In this document: positions 13,191-25,642 of the stretch, piece by piece
Position numbering within the stretch: position 1 is the stretch's first letter
Layout: the number at the start of each line of letters is the position of its first letter
Origin: Lingula anatina
Taxonomy: Eukaryota > Animalia > Brachiopoda
DNA length: 64,000 nt
Reading direction: 5' to 3'
Assembly (NCBI GenBank): GCA_051362555.1
Contig: CM120642.1
Span: 9,796,001 to 9,860,000 of the forward strand
The notes under the pieces: model-generated
Told to the model about the DNA's origin: nothing
Databases searched by the model: none
What the model saw: the letters and a program-made list of their open reading frames with translations, nothing else
Made by a program: the position numbers and the translations under genes

Positions 13191-13415
13191 GGCCCCATTC
13201 CCATAGATTTTAGATCGATCTATCCCTGTGGGGAGTCTCACTAGATTACTGTCAGCTTAGCCGGCTTAAGCGTCTGGCCCACCTACTAAAAGCTGTAAGG
13301 CGGTAATTAACTATGGTGCGCGCTCGCCTGACTGCAATTTAGCGTGAACCCCCAGGGAGTTAGGTCGATCTAAATTTTAATCTCTGGATCGAACTAAATC
13401 TCTGGGAATACACCC
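13191..13415. mobile_element. MITE, PIF/Harbinger-like
   Basis: taa|ggccccattcccatagattttagatcgatc ... gatcgaactaaatctctgggaatacaccc|tta; imperfect TIRs with TWA flanks. Confidence 0.55.
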
Positions 13416-13893
13416 TTACCCTTGCTTTTTATTAACTTCTTATGTACCAGTATCTTAAGGAAAAATTACGTGCCAGAGTTAGTTGAACCCCACTCTCAAA
13501 ACGTGTTCCATGAACAGTTAGAGTGTGTTGTGGCAACTGCACCTAACTCCTGGATGTTTCAGCAATAAAAACATACACAGAGGTTGTTTGGATTTTAACA
13601 CGCACTTACATTTCTATACAATACCTGTGTTATGCTCAGTTATTGGACTGTTTTTCTTTTCCTTGTATTCTGATCTACTTAGAACTTCTTGGGGCGTACG
13701 CACTTCTGCTTTCGAGTATGGGAAGATCTGACTCTTGATTGAACAGTTAACTTAAATAACTCTCCTAGCCACCTTTATATGTAGGTCGTTAAGTGCCCTG
13801 CCAAACATAATACGGGTGACCTATATTTAGCTGCTCTATATTTGCACTCAGTTCATTTTTAATGTTATTTCGAAACAATATTTTAATTATTAA

Positions 13894-14283
13894 GGGCACT
13901 GTAACGGTTTATTATCATCCAGATACCGAAAATGGGGTTCCTGCTGCATCTTATTATTCAATTATGCATCTGCCTTTTTGCTGATGTAAAACAATAAAAA
14001 AAAATCCCCGTAAAATATGTGAAATATCGGCGTTTATATTTCACTTTGCTATACCAAGGTCACTCACAGCTTTTATCATCAATTTAACACTTTTCAAGAA
14101 ACCAATTTCTCCATTTTTACCCTAAAAAGGCAACTATGACGTCACCCGTAAGATGACGTGTGTAAATTTTAATTAATTTAGTCATTGAACACTGAAGATT
14201 TATGCAACCCCCCCCCCCTAAAAAAAATTCATGAAAGACAGTAAATAAGGAGTTTTTTTTTTTGGCAAACGCTTACAGTATCC
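13894..14283. mobile_element. TTAA-flanked MITE (Kolobok-like)
   Basis: ttaa|gggcactgtaa ... ttacagtatcc|ttaa. Confidence 0.55.
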
Positions 14284-14868
14284 TTAATGCACAATATGTC
14301 TTATCTTGTCCCATATATTAATGTCGCATAACCTTATCTTTGCATGGACGCTGTATGGAATTCACATTTTACAACTCCGGAAGAAACTTTCGCAAGCCTT
14401 GAAATACATGCGCAATGTCTGTTGTTGCAGAGTATAAATTATTAAGGGTTTCTCCCACAGTTAAATTACGCAACTTCTTCCTCTTTTTTCACTTTTCATA
14501 CACACAAGTATGATTGATGTCAATAAGAATTGTATTATAATTATTTTGGCGTAAACCTAATGGTCCATTGTGCAATTTATAGGCGAACTTTTACTGGGCC
14601 AAATATTGTAAAACGCCGGTTGAGCTAATTAGTTGTCATAAAACAGAATAAAATGTTAATAGGTTACAGTGATAACAACTGTTCGTTTTTGCAGGAATGC
14701 TGCAAAAAAACGAATTTTCACGGGGTAAACGATCGAAGATTTCGTATCCTTGCGTACCATTGATAAATGAACCCATTCCGACATTCAAAGTTAATTAGTC
14801 CATCATTTTTTTAGTTTGGTTTTTGTAATAATCTCTAAAAAGAGATCATTACAAAGGTTAGCCATCTA

Positions 14869-16301
14869 CACTGTAAAAACAGTGTTTAGCTCTGAGACAC
14901 ATTTCTAAGCGCCTGTTTTGTCTCATTTTTTCCACGCGTTTAGCACCTAAGCACGTTTAGCCTATTAACATGTTACACGCTTTGACGTGCTTGACGCCTA
15001 ATAAATGTAGGGTGTATTTGTTTAACTTTAAGGTTGTAACGTTTTCAACTGTTTCAGTCACTCTCTCTCACACACACACACACGCGCGCGCGCGCGCGCA
15101 AAGTCACGGTCGCCTTTAACTGCTATAGTTATCTTTACCTATAACAGGGTACCGTGAACTGTCAACATAGTTGCTTCACACCAACATCTTTACAGCGGAA
15201 CTTATTCATCCTTGTGTTAGCTGACCTTGCGAGGAAGTTAATTGGAATATATTTCTGAAAAACAAGTTAGGAAAATTCACTAGTTTACTAAAGACACGAA
15301 ACAACTATCACTTTTACTTTAAAACATTTTTTTCATATTTTGATAAAATGCGTTAAGGTATTTATGTTCATTTATTTTTTCCGGAAGTAATGAACAATAG
15401 AACATCAGGATGATGGTGGGGTATTCATTATAATGGTTTATTTAAGCTTTCATCACATGCTGGTTATTTTGGTAACGATAGTACGAATTTTTTTCAAGTC
15501 GCACCGCTCTAGTCGCCGACTAACCCAAGCCCATTTTGGAATTAACCGCTAACTGTAGATCATACAGCATAAGACGTGTTTTGGTGATAAATTAAAAAAG
15601 TTTTCAAAACATTAAATGATGTTTTTTCAGAATGTTATAAAACGCTTATGAACCTGCAAGGGCATCATTTTGCATGGAGTTAAAGACACCCATAACGTTA
15701 CCATGACGTTATTCTATACCATCACCATCATGTAACCAGCTGATAAAGTCGTGAAAACGTTATTTGTTATTTGGATTATTACTTAATAGGCCTATTTTAA
15801 ATAATCACACGTTACTGCAAGGAAGGACACAACGCGTTCGAGCAGGCTGCTTCTCGCCTCCAACAGCCCCACATGTTTACAAGGGAAAGTGTTAAGCAAA
15901 ATTGTTGAGTCTTGTAATAAACTTGTTATGGGATCGTATATATGGGATTGTGAAGCATTTTTTTCTGTGACGAGCTTGAAAAGCTAAACATGTTGTTTAG
16001 CAGCTCCACGCGTTAAGGAATTCCACACCTATAGCAGCTCCATATGTTTAGCAAGCTCACGCGCTTAGCAGGGGAAGTGCTTTGCCAATGTGCTTAGCTT
16101 GTGATAGACTTGTTATAGAATCATATGCCGGTGAAGCTAAACACATAGCTAAACGTGTAATACTGCCAACGTGTCTAGCTTTTTCTTCTGTGAAACGTTT
16201 GAAAAGCTATACGCGTTTAGCATTTACACAGATTTCTAAATGCGTATAGGTGCCTAACGTGTGTTGTATGTATTTAAATGCTAAACACTGTTTTTACAGT
16301 G
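14869..16301. mobile_element. Non-autonomous CACTG-ended DNA transposon (EnSpm/CACTA-like), 1.43 kb
   Basis: Perfect 22-bp TIR cactgtaaaaacagtgtttagc / gctaaacactgtttttacagtg, TA on both sides, subterminal gtttagc/gctaaac motifs, no long ORF. Confidence 0.8.
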
Positions 16302-16354
16302 TATGATAACCTGCGCCAAAAGACTTAAGTCTTTACTAAAGAGCCTTAGAGGGT

Positions 16355-16389
<35 letters not shown>

Positions 16390-16427
16390 TTGTGGACGGT
16401 AACATTTTAGAAAAAAAAAACATTACC

Positions 16428-16660
16428 AACTAGAAAGGCACTCCGAGAGCGCAGACCTCCGCCAAGGCAGCGATTTTTGATTATTATTGATTATTGGTTA
16501 ATTATTGATCCGGATCACCACCAAAAACAAATCATCTCTTCCTTGGCCCACTTCTGACAGTTCCTGAAAATTTCATCAAAATCGGTTCATAACTTTTTGA
16601 GTTATGTTGATGACAGACAGACAAACAGGGGTGAAAACATAACCTCCTTGGCGGAGGTAA
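16428..16660 (-). mobile_element. Short HINE/DINE-like (Helentron-associated) element
   Basis: Subterminal inverted repeat acctccgccaagg / ccttggcggaggt, (gaca)n microsatellite near one end, short hairpin near the other, inserted in AT-rich sequence. Confidence 0.65.
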
Positions 16661-17424
16661 CAATTATTTACCTTCCATAATGAGCAATTAATATTAGAAT
16701 TTTCGTAATGTAAGACCTTCACGACCTCACTTTACAATGAAAGATCTGTTATACATACATGGTGTTCATATACATGTATTGAACAAACAAAGAATCTGAT
16801 ACTTCAGACTCAATGGTGGGATAAAGTTGATAAGCCAGGGTTAAGAAATACTGGAAATTTGGGGGAAAATCAACAAGATTGTAAAGGATACAAAATTTTC
16901 ACACTGGATCAAAAAAGTCAAGGACAAATTATGTCTTATATGACGTTCTGAATTTAGTAAATAGGGAAAAGCCTTCCTGGCCTGAGATGCCGTTCGACTC
17001 TTGACAACGTCATGTAACTTGGGTCACACTACAGAGACAGAAGAAAGACAGTGCGGTAAATTGCAATCGAGGGGGAGTTTGAAAGGTCCCTCCAGCCACC
17101 TACACCCCTTCTGTCCATTTTTATTTTGTGAGAGTAGCATTTTAACCATTCGCATGAAGGTTGGCGTGAAAGCGGGTATTTCTGAAGTAAAACTACTTGG
17201 CCTGTGGTACCGTTTTCCGCGTTTCCCGACATCTGTGGGTCTGTTCTGTCGTTCCTCTTAAAGCGAGCTAAGTATGGTCCGGGAACAAGGTGTCGCTAAT
17301 TGCTAAATTTTATTTAATGATTTCTTTAGCTTCATCGACTTACAGCAACTTTACTACTGTTTTATGTGCATAAAACTCAATATCCCACTAACATTTTCAA
17401 TCTATTTATGAAATATACCTATAA

Positions 17425-17495
17425 GTGTAACTTCCGGCATCTTGCGACATGCTGGAAGTCGGTACTGTCACGTGAAGCTTGCCACGGAAGTTCCT
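17425..17495 (+). promoter_or_regulatory. AP-3 mu proximal promoter: ETS-type sites (acttccgg, cggaagt) and E-box/CLEAR-like gtcacgtga
   Basis: Motifs lie 60-130 bp upstream of ATG 17557 in a CpG-containing segment. Confidence 0.5.
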
Positions 17496-17556
17496 CGGTC
17501 GATTTTACCGACAAAAAAAGTTATCAAAAAGCACCTGACAAGGATTACCGTGGACA

Positions 17557-19955
17557 ATGATCCACAGTTTGTTCATCATCAACAATGCTGGGTAAGATTG
17601 TCCATTGCCCTTCTAATAAATTTTACTGTATGTTATATGTTTTAGCAAATTTTGACAAAGCTGTTCACTAAATAGTGACAGTGATGTATTATAAATGTGT
17701 TGAGCCTGATGTTGATAAAGTTACAATTTCTTACAGTACAGGCAACTTCTTTGTTGTTGTTGTTTTTTTTTTTTTTTTTTTTTTTGTTGTTTTTTTTAAT
17801 TTATGTATCCCACGTCGATGTTGTTTGATTTAATTATCCAATTATGAACACGTTTTTCGTAAAAGTTGTCGAAGGAGAAGGGAAAACGGGGAAAATGGGT
17901 CTGTCTGATTAACGTCAAGAAACGTCCACAAGCATAAAATCAGTTTACATATACAATTCGTTTCCTTTATCGTTTAGTAAGCCTACATGTTAAGATACTG
18001 TATGCTGTTTTCCGTCCTACAGTCACAGTGTATAATACTTTTCTTATGTCAAATCTGTATATATTAACAGATTTCCCGACCATTTTTTGCTTGTGGACGT
18101 TTTTTTTTTTTTTTTGATGTTAATTAGACAGACCGGGGAATATTGCCCTGATGCTGTGGTAGTAATGCCAAAAGCTTATTATTCTAAGAGTGAGAAAGAA
18201 GGCTAGCAAGTCTACTTATTCCGAAAGTAAAACTGAAGGCTAGTGTGTCTAATTATCCTGAAAGTGAGAATGAGGGTAGTGTGTTTGAAATTTTGAAAAT
18301 TGAACTTTAGCAAATAACCTAATAGCAGGTTGGGTTTATACCTAGCACAGTAACCAATATGTACATTGTACCGAAACAGTACAGTGCATAAATAAGAACA
18401 TCATTTTTAGCTTTTGTTGAACAAATAAGCTCACAGATATGAAATTATTATTTTTGTGTAATTTTCCTGGTTTTAGGGATGTTTTTATGGAGAAGCATTG
18501 GAAGAGTGTCATAAACAGATCAATATGTGACTATTTCTTTGAAGTGCAATCCAAGGTAGGCTGAAACCATTTATATTATTGTGATATATTTATTTAAGGA
18601 TTTCCATTTTTATCTGACTAAACAAAATGATGCCTGGACAACTAATATCCATTATACATATATACATATATATAAGATACTGTTCCTTTGAAGCTGCAGG
18701 GTTTTGAAGACAATTTCATTGTGTTTATCTCAGTACCCCCTTATGCTTACATTGCTTTAGATATGTCATTTGAGGACAGATTCCAAACAGCTCTGAGAAG
18801 GCATCAGTTTGTATCATTTTGAATCCATTTTTTTTATTAAATCATTTGATATTTCTAAAAAGATACCATTTAGTTATTAATTTTTAGTTTTTATTTATTT
18901 TGAAAAAAAAAAAAAAAAAAAACTCTACACTTTGTGCCTCCATGATTTTCCTTACTGCTTGCATGATGTCTTCACATTTTTAAAGTGGTTGTCTGGTGAG
19001 AATGCACCGTAATTGTATTACAGTAAATAAAAGTTGCCATTTTGTTTGTCATTTAACAAGAGATTTGTTTAAGTACAAGGCCAGACATATCATGATGGGA
19101 TGGTAAATTGAACACCTCATGCAGTGCATTGTGTCAAAGATGATTATTATGCATTTTATTTTTGTTTTTGCACAGTGACTCTGCCTTAAGATTATATGTG
19201 CATGCATTGGATGGATATAGAGATCAAAATATAAATTTATACAGCTATAAAAAAAGGAAACTTTGACGGCCAATTCTGATTTGAAAAGAGCCTCTGTATT
19301 TTATAAGTTTTTGGTGAACTTAAGAATTACGCCAAGAGTTGTACAAGACATTTTATATTATTTTTGATTTTTAAAGATTCTTTTTGGATAAGCATTCACA
19401 TATGAGGATTTTGTATGCAGGTATGGTGGTAATTTTTTTTAATTATTCACAACAGGCAGCCACTCCTGAAGATGTACCCCCAGTTATTTCCACTCCTCAC
19501 CACTATCTTATCAATATCTACAGAAGTCAGTTACATCTTGTTGCCGTGGTCACTACAGAAGGTATGGAATACTGAATCTGTTCTTGCATTTTTATACGAC
19601 TTTAACAAGTGATATTGTGCAAGTTGTGAAAATTTCTGCTAGTGCATGGAATGCTGTTTATTGCTCATTCATCACTATTTAAAATCATCCTGTCCTTCAC
19701 TGTTTATAAATTTTCTCATTAATAAATATGCATGTAATTTAAAGAAATGAATTGCTGTCTTCTCATCTATGTATTTCTTATTTCTTTCTTTCTTTATTTT
19801 TTGTAGTACCACCCCTCTTTGTGATAGAGTTTCTGCACAGGGTAATGGACACATTTGAGGACTATTTTGGAGACAGTTCAGAAGCCACCATCAAGGAGCA
19901 GTATGTGGTTGTATATGAAGTAAGAGGTTCTCTGGTACAAGATGTCACCTTGGTT

Positions 19956-19993
<38 letters not shown>

Positions 19994-22900
19994 AATGATG
20001 GCAAACTTTATTGACCTGAAGTGTAAAACCCATTTTTTAAATTGAATAAATAAGGTGTTTTCACATTAGTATTGATATTTCAGTTTAATTACCAAACAAA
20101 TGGTCCATATTGTAGACCCTATGATGATGAAAATGGTCCATATTGTAGACCCTATCATGATGAAAGAATACCTGAATGAGTGTCTCCAAATGTCTGCCAA
20201 TTATGTATGATCACTGTATTTAGATATTGGAAAAGTATTGTACGGGCAGGCAAAAGAGATTGCTAGTTGAATTAGTCTAATGTTTGAAAAAACAAGGGGT
20301 AAACTGAATATATGATCTGTAAGGGATATTTTGTGGGTTGCTTAATTGTGACAGAAATATTAGCATTTGTATTTCATTGACTTGTTTCTGACTCTTGAAA
20401 AAATTCAATTTCAGCTGCTTGATGAGATGTTGGACAATGGTTTCCCACTGGCCATGGAGGCCAACATCTTGAAAGAGCTCATCAAACCTTCCAACATTCT
20501 GCGAACAATTGCAAATACTATGACAGGAAAATCTAAGTAAGTTTTCATCTATAATAAGACACAGTAAGTAATACATTTTTCATCTTAAACATATATTCAG
20601 TTGTTCAAGAAATCATTTAGGAGTGGTTTTCCCCTTATAAACTTTGAAAAACATGATATTACTGTGATAGTAATTTTTTCCCACAAAATTTATAGTCAGT
20701 ATTAGTCCACTGATATTCAAATTACCTCAAAATTAAGAAAAAGGTGAAAAATCATTGGCATGTTTTTGTAAATTTCTTTTCATTATCCAGTCTTACAGGT
20801 AATTTAAAAATCTAAAATGAGTTTGTATTTTTCCAGTGTCAGTGGCACATTGCCCACAGGGCAGCTGTCCAACATCCCGTGGAGACGGACAGGGGTCAAG
20901 TATACTAACAATGAGGCCTACTTTGACATCATTGAAGAGGTGGATGCCATTGTGGACAAATCTGGGTCGACTGTTGCTGCAGAGATACAGGGGCGTGTGA
21001 GTGACTTGATTTATTATATAATAGTTGATCTTCCCCAGTTTAAGGAAAGTGGCACTGATAAAATAATTTAAATACATGTGGTAACAATATATCATTAAAT
21101 AAATGAATGAAAAGATTCATAGATTGATAAGAAAACGAATGGAAGATTGTTTTCCTTTATTTGTTTTTGATTTTTTTTTTCTGTTGCTAGTGACAAAATA
21201 TTCAAATCATAGTATATTTGCCTGAGAATAACACACAATTGGTCCTTGAGTTTCAGAGTTTACAGAATAAACTTCTTTCATTAGCAAGCCTCTGTCGGTT
21301 TAGGTAACAAATCTCTTGTAAACTCCCAAACTCACAGTGCACAAATGGCTTCTTGCAGGCACTGCAAAATTTCTCATGCCCTGTGCCCTTTTACCTTCTT
21401 CAGGTTGATGCGACTGTAAAGTTGAGTGGTATGCCAGATTTGACCTTGACCTTCATGAACCCAAGATTGTTGGATGACCTTAGTTTTCATCCATGTGTGA
21501 GGTTTAAGAGATGGGAGGTGGGTTACACTTCTTCAGTGTTCTGTATTCAGTGTATTGTATCTTGATTATTGAAAGGCCACATTTGGCTTAAACTTCTTTA
21601 TTGGAAACTGTCGCGAGGAATCGCTTTCATATTCAGAATTATAAAGATTGATAAAACAAAGTCCCCTAAAATTTTGAAAAAAAAGATTGTTTGCTCTTAG
21701 ATTAAGAAAATTAATTTGTTGAAAAAAATTGTAACATTGAAACTCTGGATTCATTTCAGGCAGAACGTGTGATTTCATTTGTGCCACCAGATGGCAGTTT
21801 TAGGCTTATGTCATATCATATTGGTACTCAAAAGTGAGTGAGATTCTCTTTGTCTTATTTTTTTTTTCCTCTCAGACTCATTACAAAGAAATTAATTGCA
21901 ATGCACATTTTTTTAAATTTCATAATGTTGTCTAATTTTATAGTGTTGTCTTTTGTATTGGATTAATTTAAATGACGTAAATAAAAAAGATGGTCATAAT
22001 TTACCTTTCAAAGTTGGAATGCTTTGAAATTCTTAATAGTAATAAACAGGGTAAAAAACATACATATATTTTACTTCCATTTTTTCCCACTGCATGTTTT
22101 TGTTATCTTTTTTTTTTCAGTTTGGTAGCTATTCCCGTTTACTTAAGACACAATATCTCATTTCGAGAGGGGAGTGGTGGAAGATTTGATGTATCAGTAG
22201 GACCAAAACAGACAATGGGCAAAACAGTAAGTCTTTTGTACATGCATGATGGATGCCCCTTGGCTGCATTTGTTAAAAGTAAATTTGTTAAAATTTTATT
22301 GTCATTTAGAGAAATATTTAGTGCATGAACATAACTATTATATACATTCATCAGGCGACCAGGTATCTTTCCATCTTATAAGGAATAAATTGTTTATTGT
22401 TAATGTTGATTAAATATGCTGCATTGTAGCTGAAATGTTGAACTCCAATGTTTAATTTTTCAGGTGGAAAATGTCTCCCTAGAGGTTCCCTTCCCGAAGT
22501 CAGTGCTAAATGTAACCCTCACCCCAAATGTAGGGAAATACACCTTTGATCCAGTGAACAAAATAATGGTGTGGGAAATAGGGAGGATAGACCCAACAAA
22601 ACTGCCAAATATTAGAGGATCTGTAAGTACCTCTGTAAATTAAAATTCTTTCAAATGCGAAATGGGGTTTCTTCCTGAAGACCTTCAAGAGAACTTCAGA
22701 GCTGTCTCTCTTATCCCAGTTTTAACTTGTCTTCGATCTGGTTTTTAAAAGAGAATGGTTTAAAGTTAGATACAAGCTTCCTAGTAGTTTAAGTCACACC
22801 CATACGAGTCTAGGTTATGCCATCATTAAGTTTATTGCATTGTTTCTACACCCAAGCATTCGCTTATGCTTTAGTTACATAACAATACAGCTAAGTGACA

Positions 22901-23854
22901 CTCCATTCAGATGAAAATATCAAAATGTTTTATCATTCGATTATCTTTTTTTCATTTGCCACATGATCTTTATAGAGTATGAACAAATGAGGTACATGAT
23001 AATAAAATTTCTTGCAACCCTTTCCAGATCAGTTTACAAAGTGGTGCACCTATTCCAGAGTCTAACCCTACCATATCTGTGAGTATCCCTTGTGCATGTC
23101 TATCAATGCATTTACCCTGAAAATTGAATTTCTTTTAGAAAATTATCACTCAAGGTATTTGGTGTAAACTGAAAGCTTTCTGTATTAAGAGTAATAGTGA
23201 CAAACAGTTCTCGATAACTGCAGTTTTAACATTATAATTGGATCCAATTAAAATTGGATCCAATATGCAGCATTTTGACAATATTTATCTTTTTGTAAAC
23301 TTTTTAATAAAATGTTCTTATTTTGGTATAGCACTGCACTTAAAAAATGTGCATGAATTTAAAGAAACTTTCTTAAATTTTCACTATGTGATTACAGGTG
23401 AATTTCACTATCAACCAGATGGCTATCTCGGGACTAAAGGTGAACAGGCTGGATATGTATGGGGAGGTAAGTTGATAGGGTGAGGATTTTTTTTAACCTT
23501 TTTACCCAAGCTGTAGGGCACTCCTTAGCATATCAGATGGCCCTCACTTTCACTCTTAAGTTTGATCATGCTGCATTCCTTAGGAATAATTTCAAATAAA
23601 TCCAGTTTTTGAGTTTTTGAGTGTTGTGTAGTCACTGTCAGCTTTTTGGCATTTAAATGAGTCCAAAACCTGAAAGTCATGTTTAAGAAAATAGTCAATA
23701 GCAGTGTAGCTTTGAGGTTTCAATATTCCCAAAAGTAAAATGTTTTTAAGATTTGTCTTCCAACTTACTGTCATTTGCTTGTTTTCAGAAATACAAACCA
23801 TTCAAAGGTGTGAAGTACATCACAAAAGCTGGAAAGTTCCAAGTGCGGACATGA
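17557..23854 (+). CDS. AP3M1: AP-3 complex subunit mu; 13 coding exons (17557-17591, 18477-18555, 19456-19561, 19807-19919, 20415-20536, 20837-20996, 21404-21517, 21760-21833, 22121-22226, 22464-22622, 23028-23078, 23398-23466, 23789-23854)
   Basis: MIHSLFIIN..GDVFMEKHWKSVI, VPPLFVIEFLHRV, LLDEMLDNGFP, IPWRRTGVKYTNNEAYFD, LSGMPDLTL..SFHPCVRFKRWE, SFVPPDG, SGLKVNRLDMYGEKYKPFKGVKYITKAGKFQVRT*; all introns GT-AG. Confidence 0.97.
17897..18135. mobile_element. Fold-back MITE in AP-3 mu intron 1
   Basis: ggtctgtctgattaacgtcaagaaacgtccacaagca pairs with tgcttgtggacgtt(T)n gatgttaattagacagacc. Confidence 0.6.
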
Positions 23855-25324
23855 AATGACTGCTTGTAGATATTAGCTCCAATCAAATGACAGTTGTTGT
23901 CAAGGTCATTTCAATATTTTTCATTGGCTTACTTTTTCCATGCATTCTGTCATTCACATAGTCATGGATCTTTATTTAAACTTTTATTATTAAATGAAAT
24001 ATAATTTTCTCAGCATGAGAATATGAATGATCATTGATGGAAAAAGTATATTGTAAAATAAAAAGAACTCTAACTGCATCAAAATATTTTGAAAAATCGA
24101 GTGTAAAAAGATGCTCAGTAGATAATGATCAGCCAGATAAAGCAAAGTTGTATGGTGAACAAGCAGCTGCAAAGAAGAACTAGAACAAAATACAAGCAGC
24201 AACTTATCATTTATATTTTAAACATGCAACAAGGCAAGAATTACCCAGGTTTGAAGGTTTAAAGGATCAAGATACTACCACACTGTTTAAGTGTTCCTAT
24301 GGAAAAATATTAAGGTACTGGTATTACTTGGAGTGTGGAAACAGATTAAGGCAAAGTCCTTCAAATTGGCAGATACAGGGCCTTTGTTACAGTAGTCATT
24401 ATAGAATTAAAAATGTTACAATTCCAAATATAATTTATATTTGAAAATATTTATGACATCTGTGTCGTTCTGAATGTATCATAATCTATAGTAATGGAGG
24501 GTCTGATAGTCGCATTAAAAGAAATTCTGAAAACTTGGAATGCTGCCATTTGTATCTGTAGTGTGACTCAAATTATGCGTATGGTACATTAAATAAATAA
24601 AACTGTAAATCCAAAACTGTCTTTTAATTACTGGATGGTTTTTTTCTGTAAAAATGACCCACAAAACCAAGTTTTATGATGGTTAGATGAAATCTTGTTA
24701 ATAACATTTCCATCTTTTATAAGATCACTGATATGTAAAACTATACAACAATCTTTTAAGAATTTTTTGCACAATGCATATTTCTTTTTCAAAAATTCTT
24801 TTTTTTCTCAAAAGCATGTGCAAGTTAAAAACAAAAGCATTCTTGGATCAGTCAAAATGTCAAACAATACAAAAAGAAGCAAGCTCTTAAAAACTTGGAA
24901 TAGTAATTGTTTTGATATTATCACACTGCCATGAAACATACAGAGATTATAAAACAATTCACCAACAAAAGTCACTTTTTTATGGTATACATTATTTCAA
25001 TTGTGTTTGTTACTGAAATGCTACACTATAAATAAAATAAAGGGCTTTGTCACTTCTTCACATTTATCATGTATAATATTATTTCTATATAAATACATGT
25101 CACCATTAACTTTCATTTAGAATCTGTAACAATCTTTACTGTTTTCAGTGATGTCATATTTCATTATTTCTCTTTTACATTGAAACTATGCCATCTTTGC
25201 TTTGTTTTCACTATCTTGTGGCTATATATTGGTTCTCAGAGATCCATTTATTACAAAAGAAAATGTCTTCATTCTTCATTGGTTGTTTTGTGTTCTGTTT
25301 TGGTAGCTTGCAGGTCTTTTGAGA

Positions 25325-25587
25325 TCACCTTTTTTGTTGTTTAACATCAACAACCAACCCCTGCTCTATTAACTTCAAATCCTCCATATCATCCTTAATT
25401 ATGCTGATAAGATGTTGCAGTCCTTCTTGTTGCTGTTTCAAGTGCTGGAAAAAAGACGTAAACAAATTATTAATTTCCATCTCATTTTCTTTAAAAAAAC
25501 ATGATGTGCAATGACATCTTATTTAATCTCACTAATCAACATTTGCTGTTAGTTTCTGATAACAGATATGCATTGTGCTGATTCTTC

Positions 25588-25642
<55 letters not shown>

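Noticed and set aside
17557-23854. Minor-class (U12) introns in AP-3 mu
   Set aside because: No donor matches RTATCCTT at position +1; all look like U2-type GT-AG.
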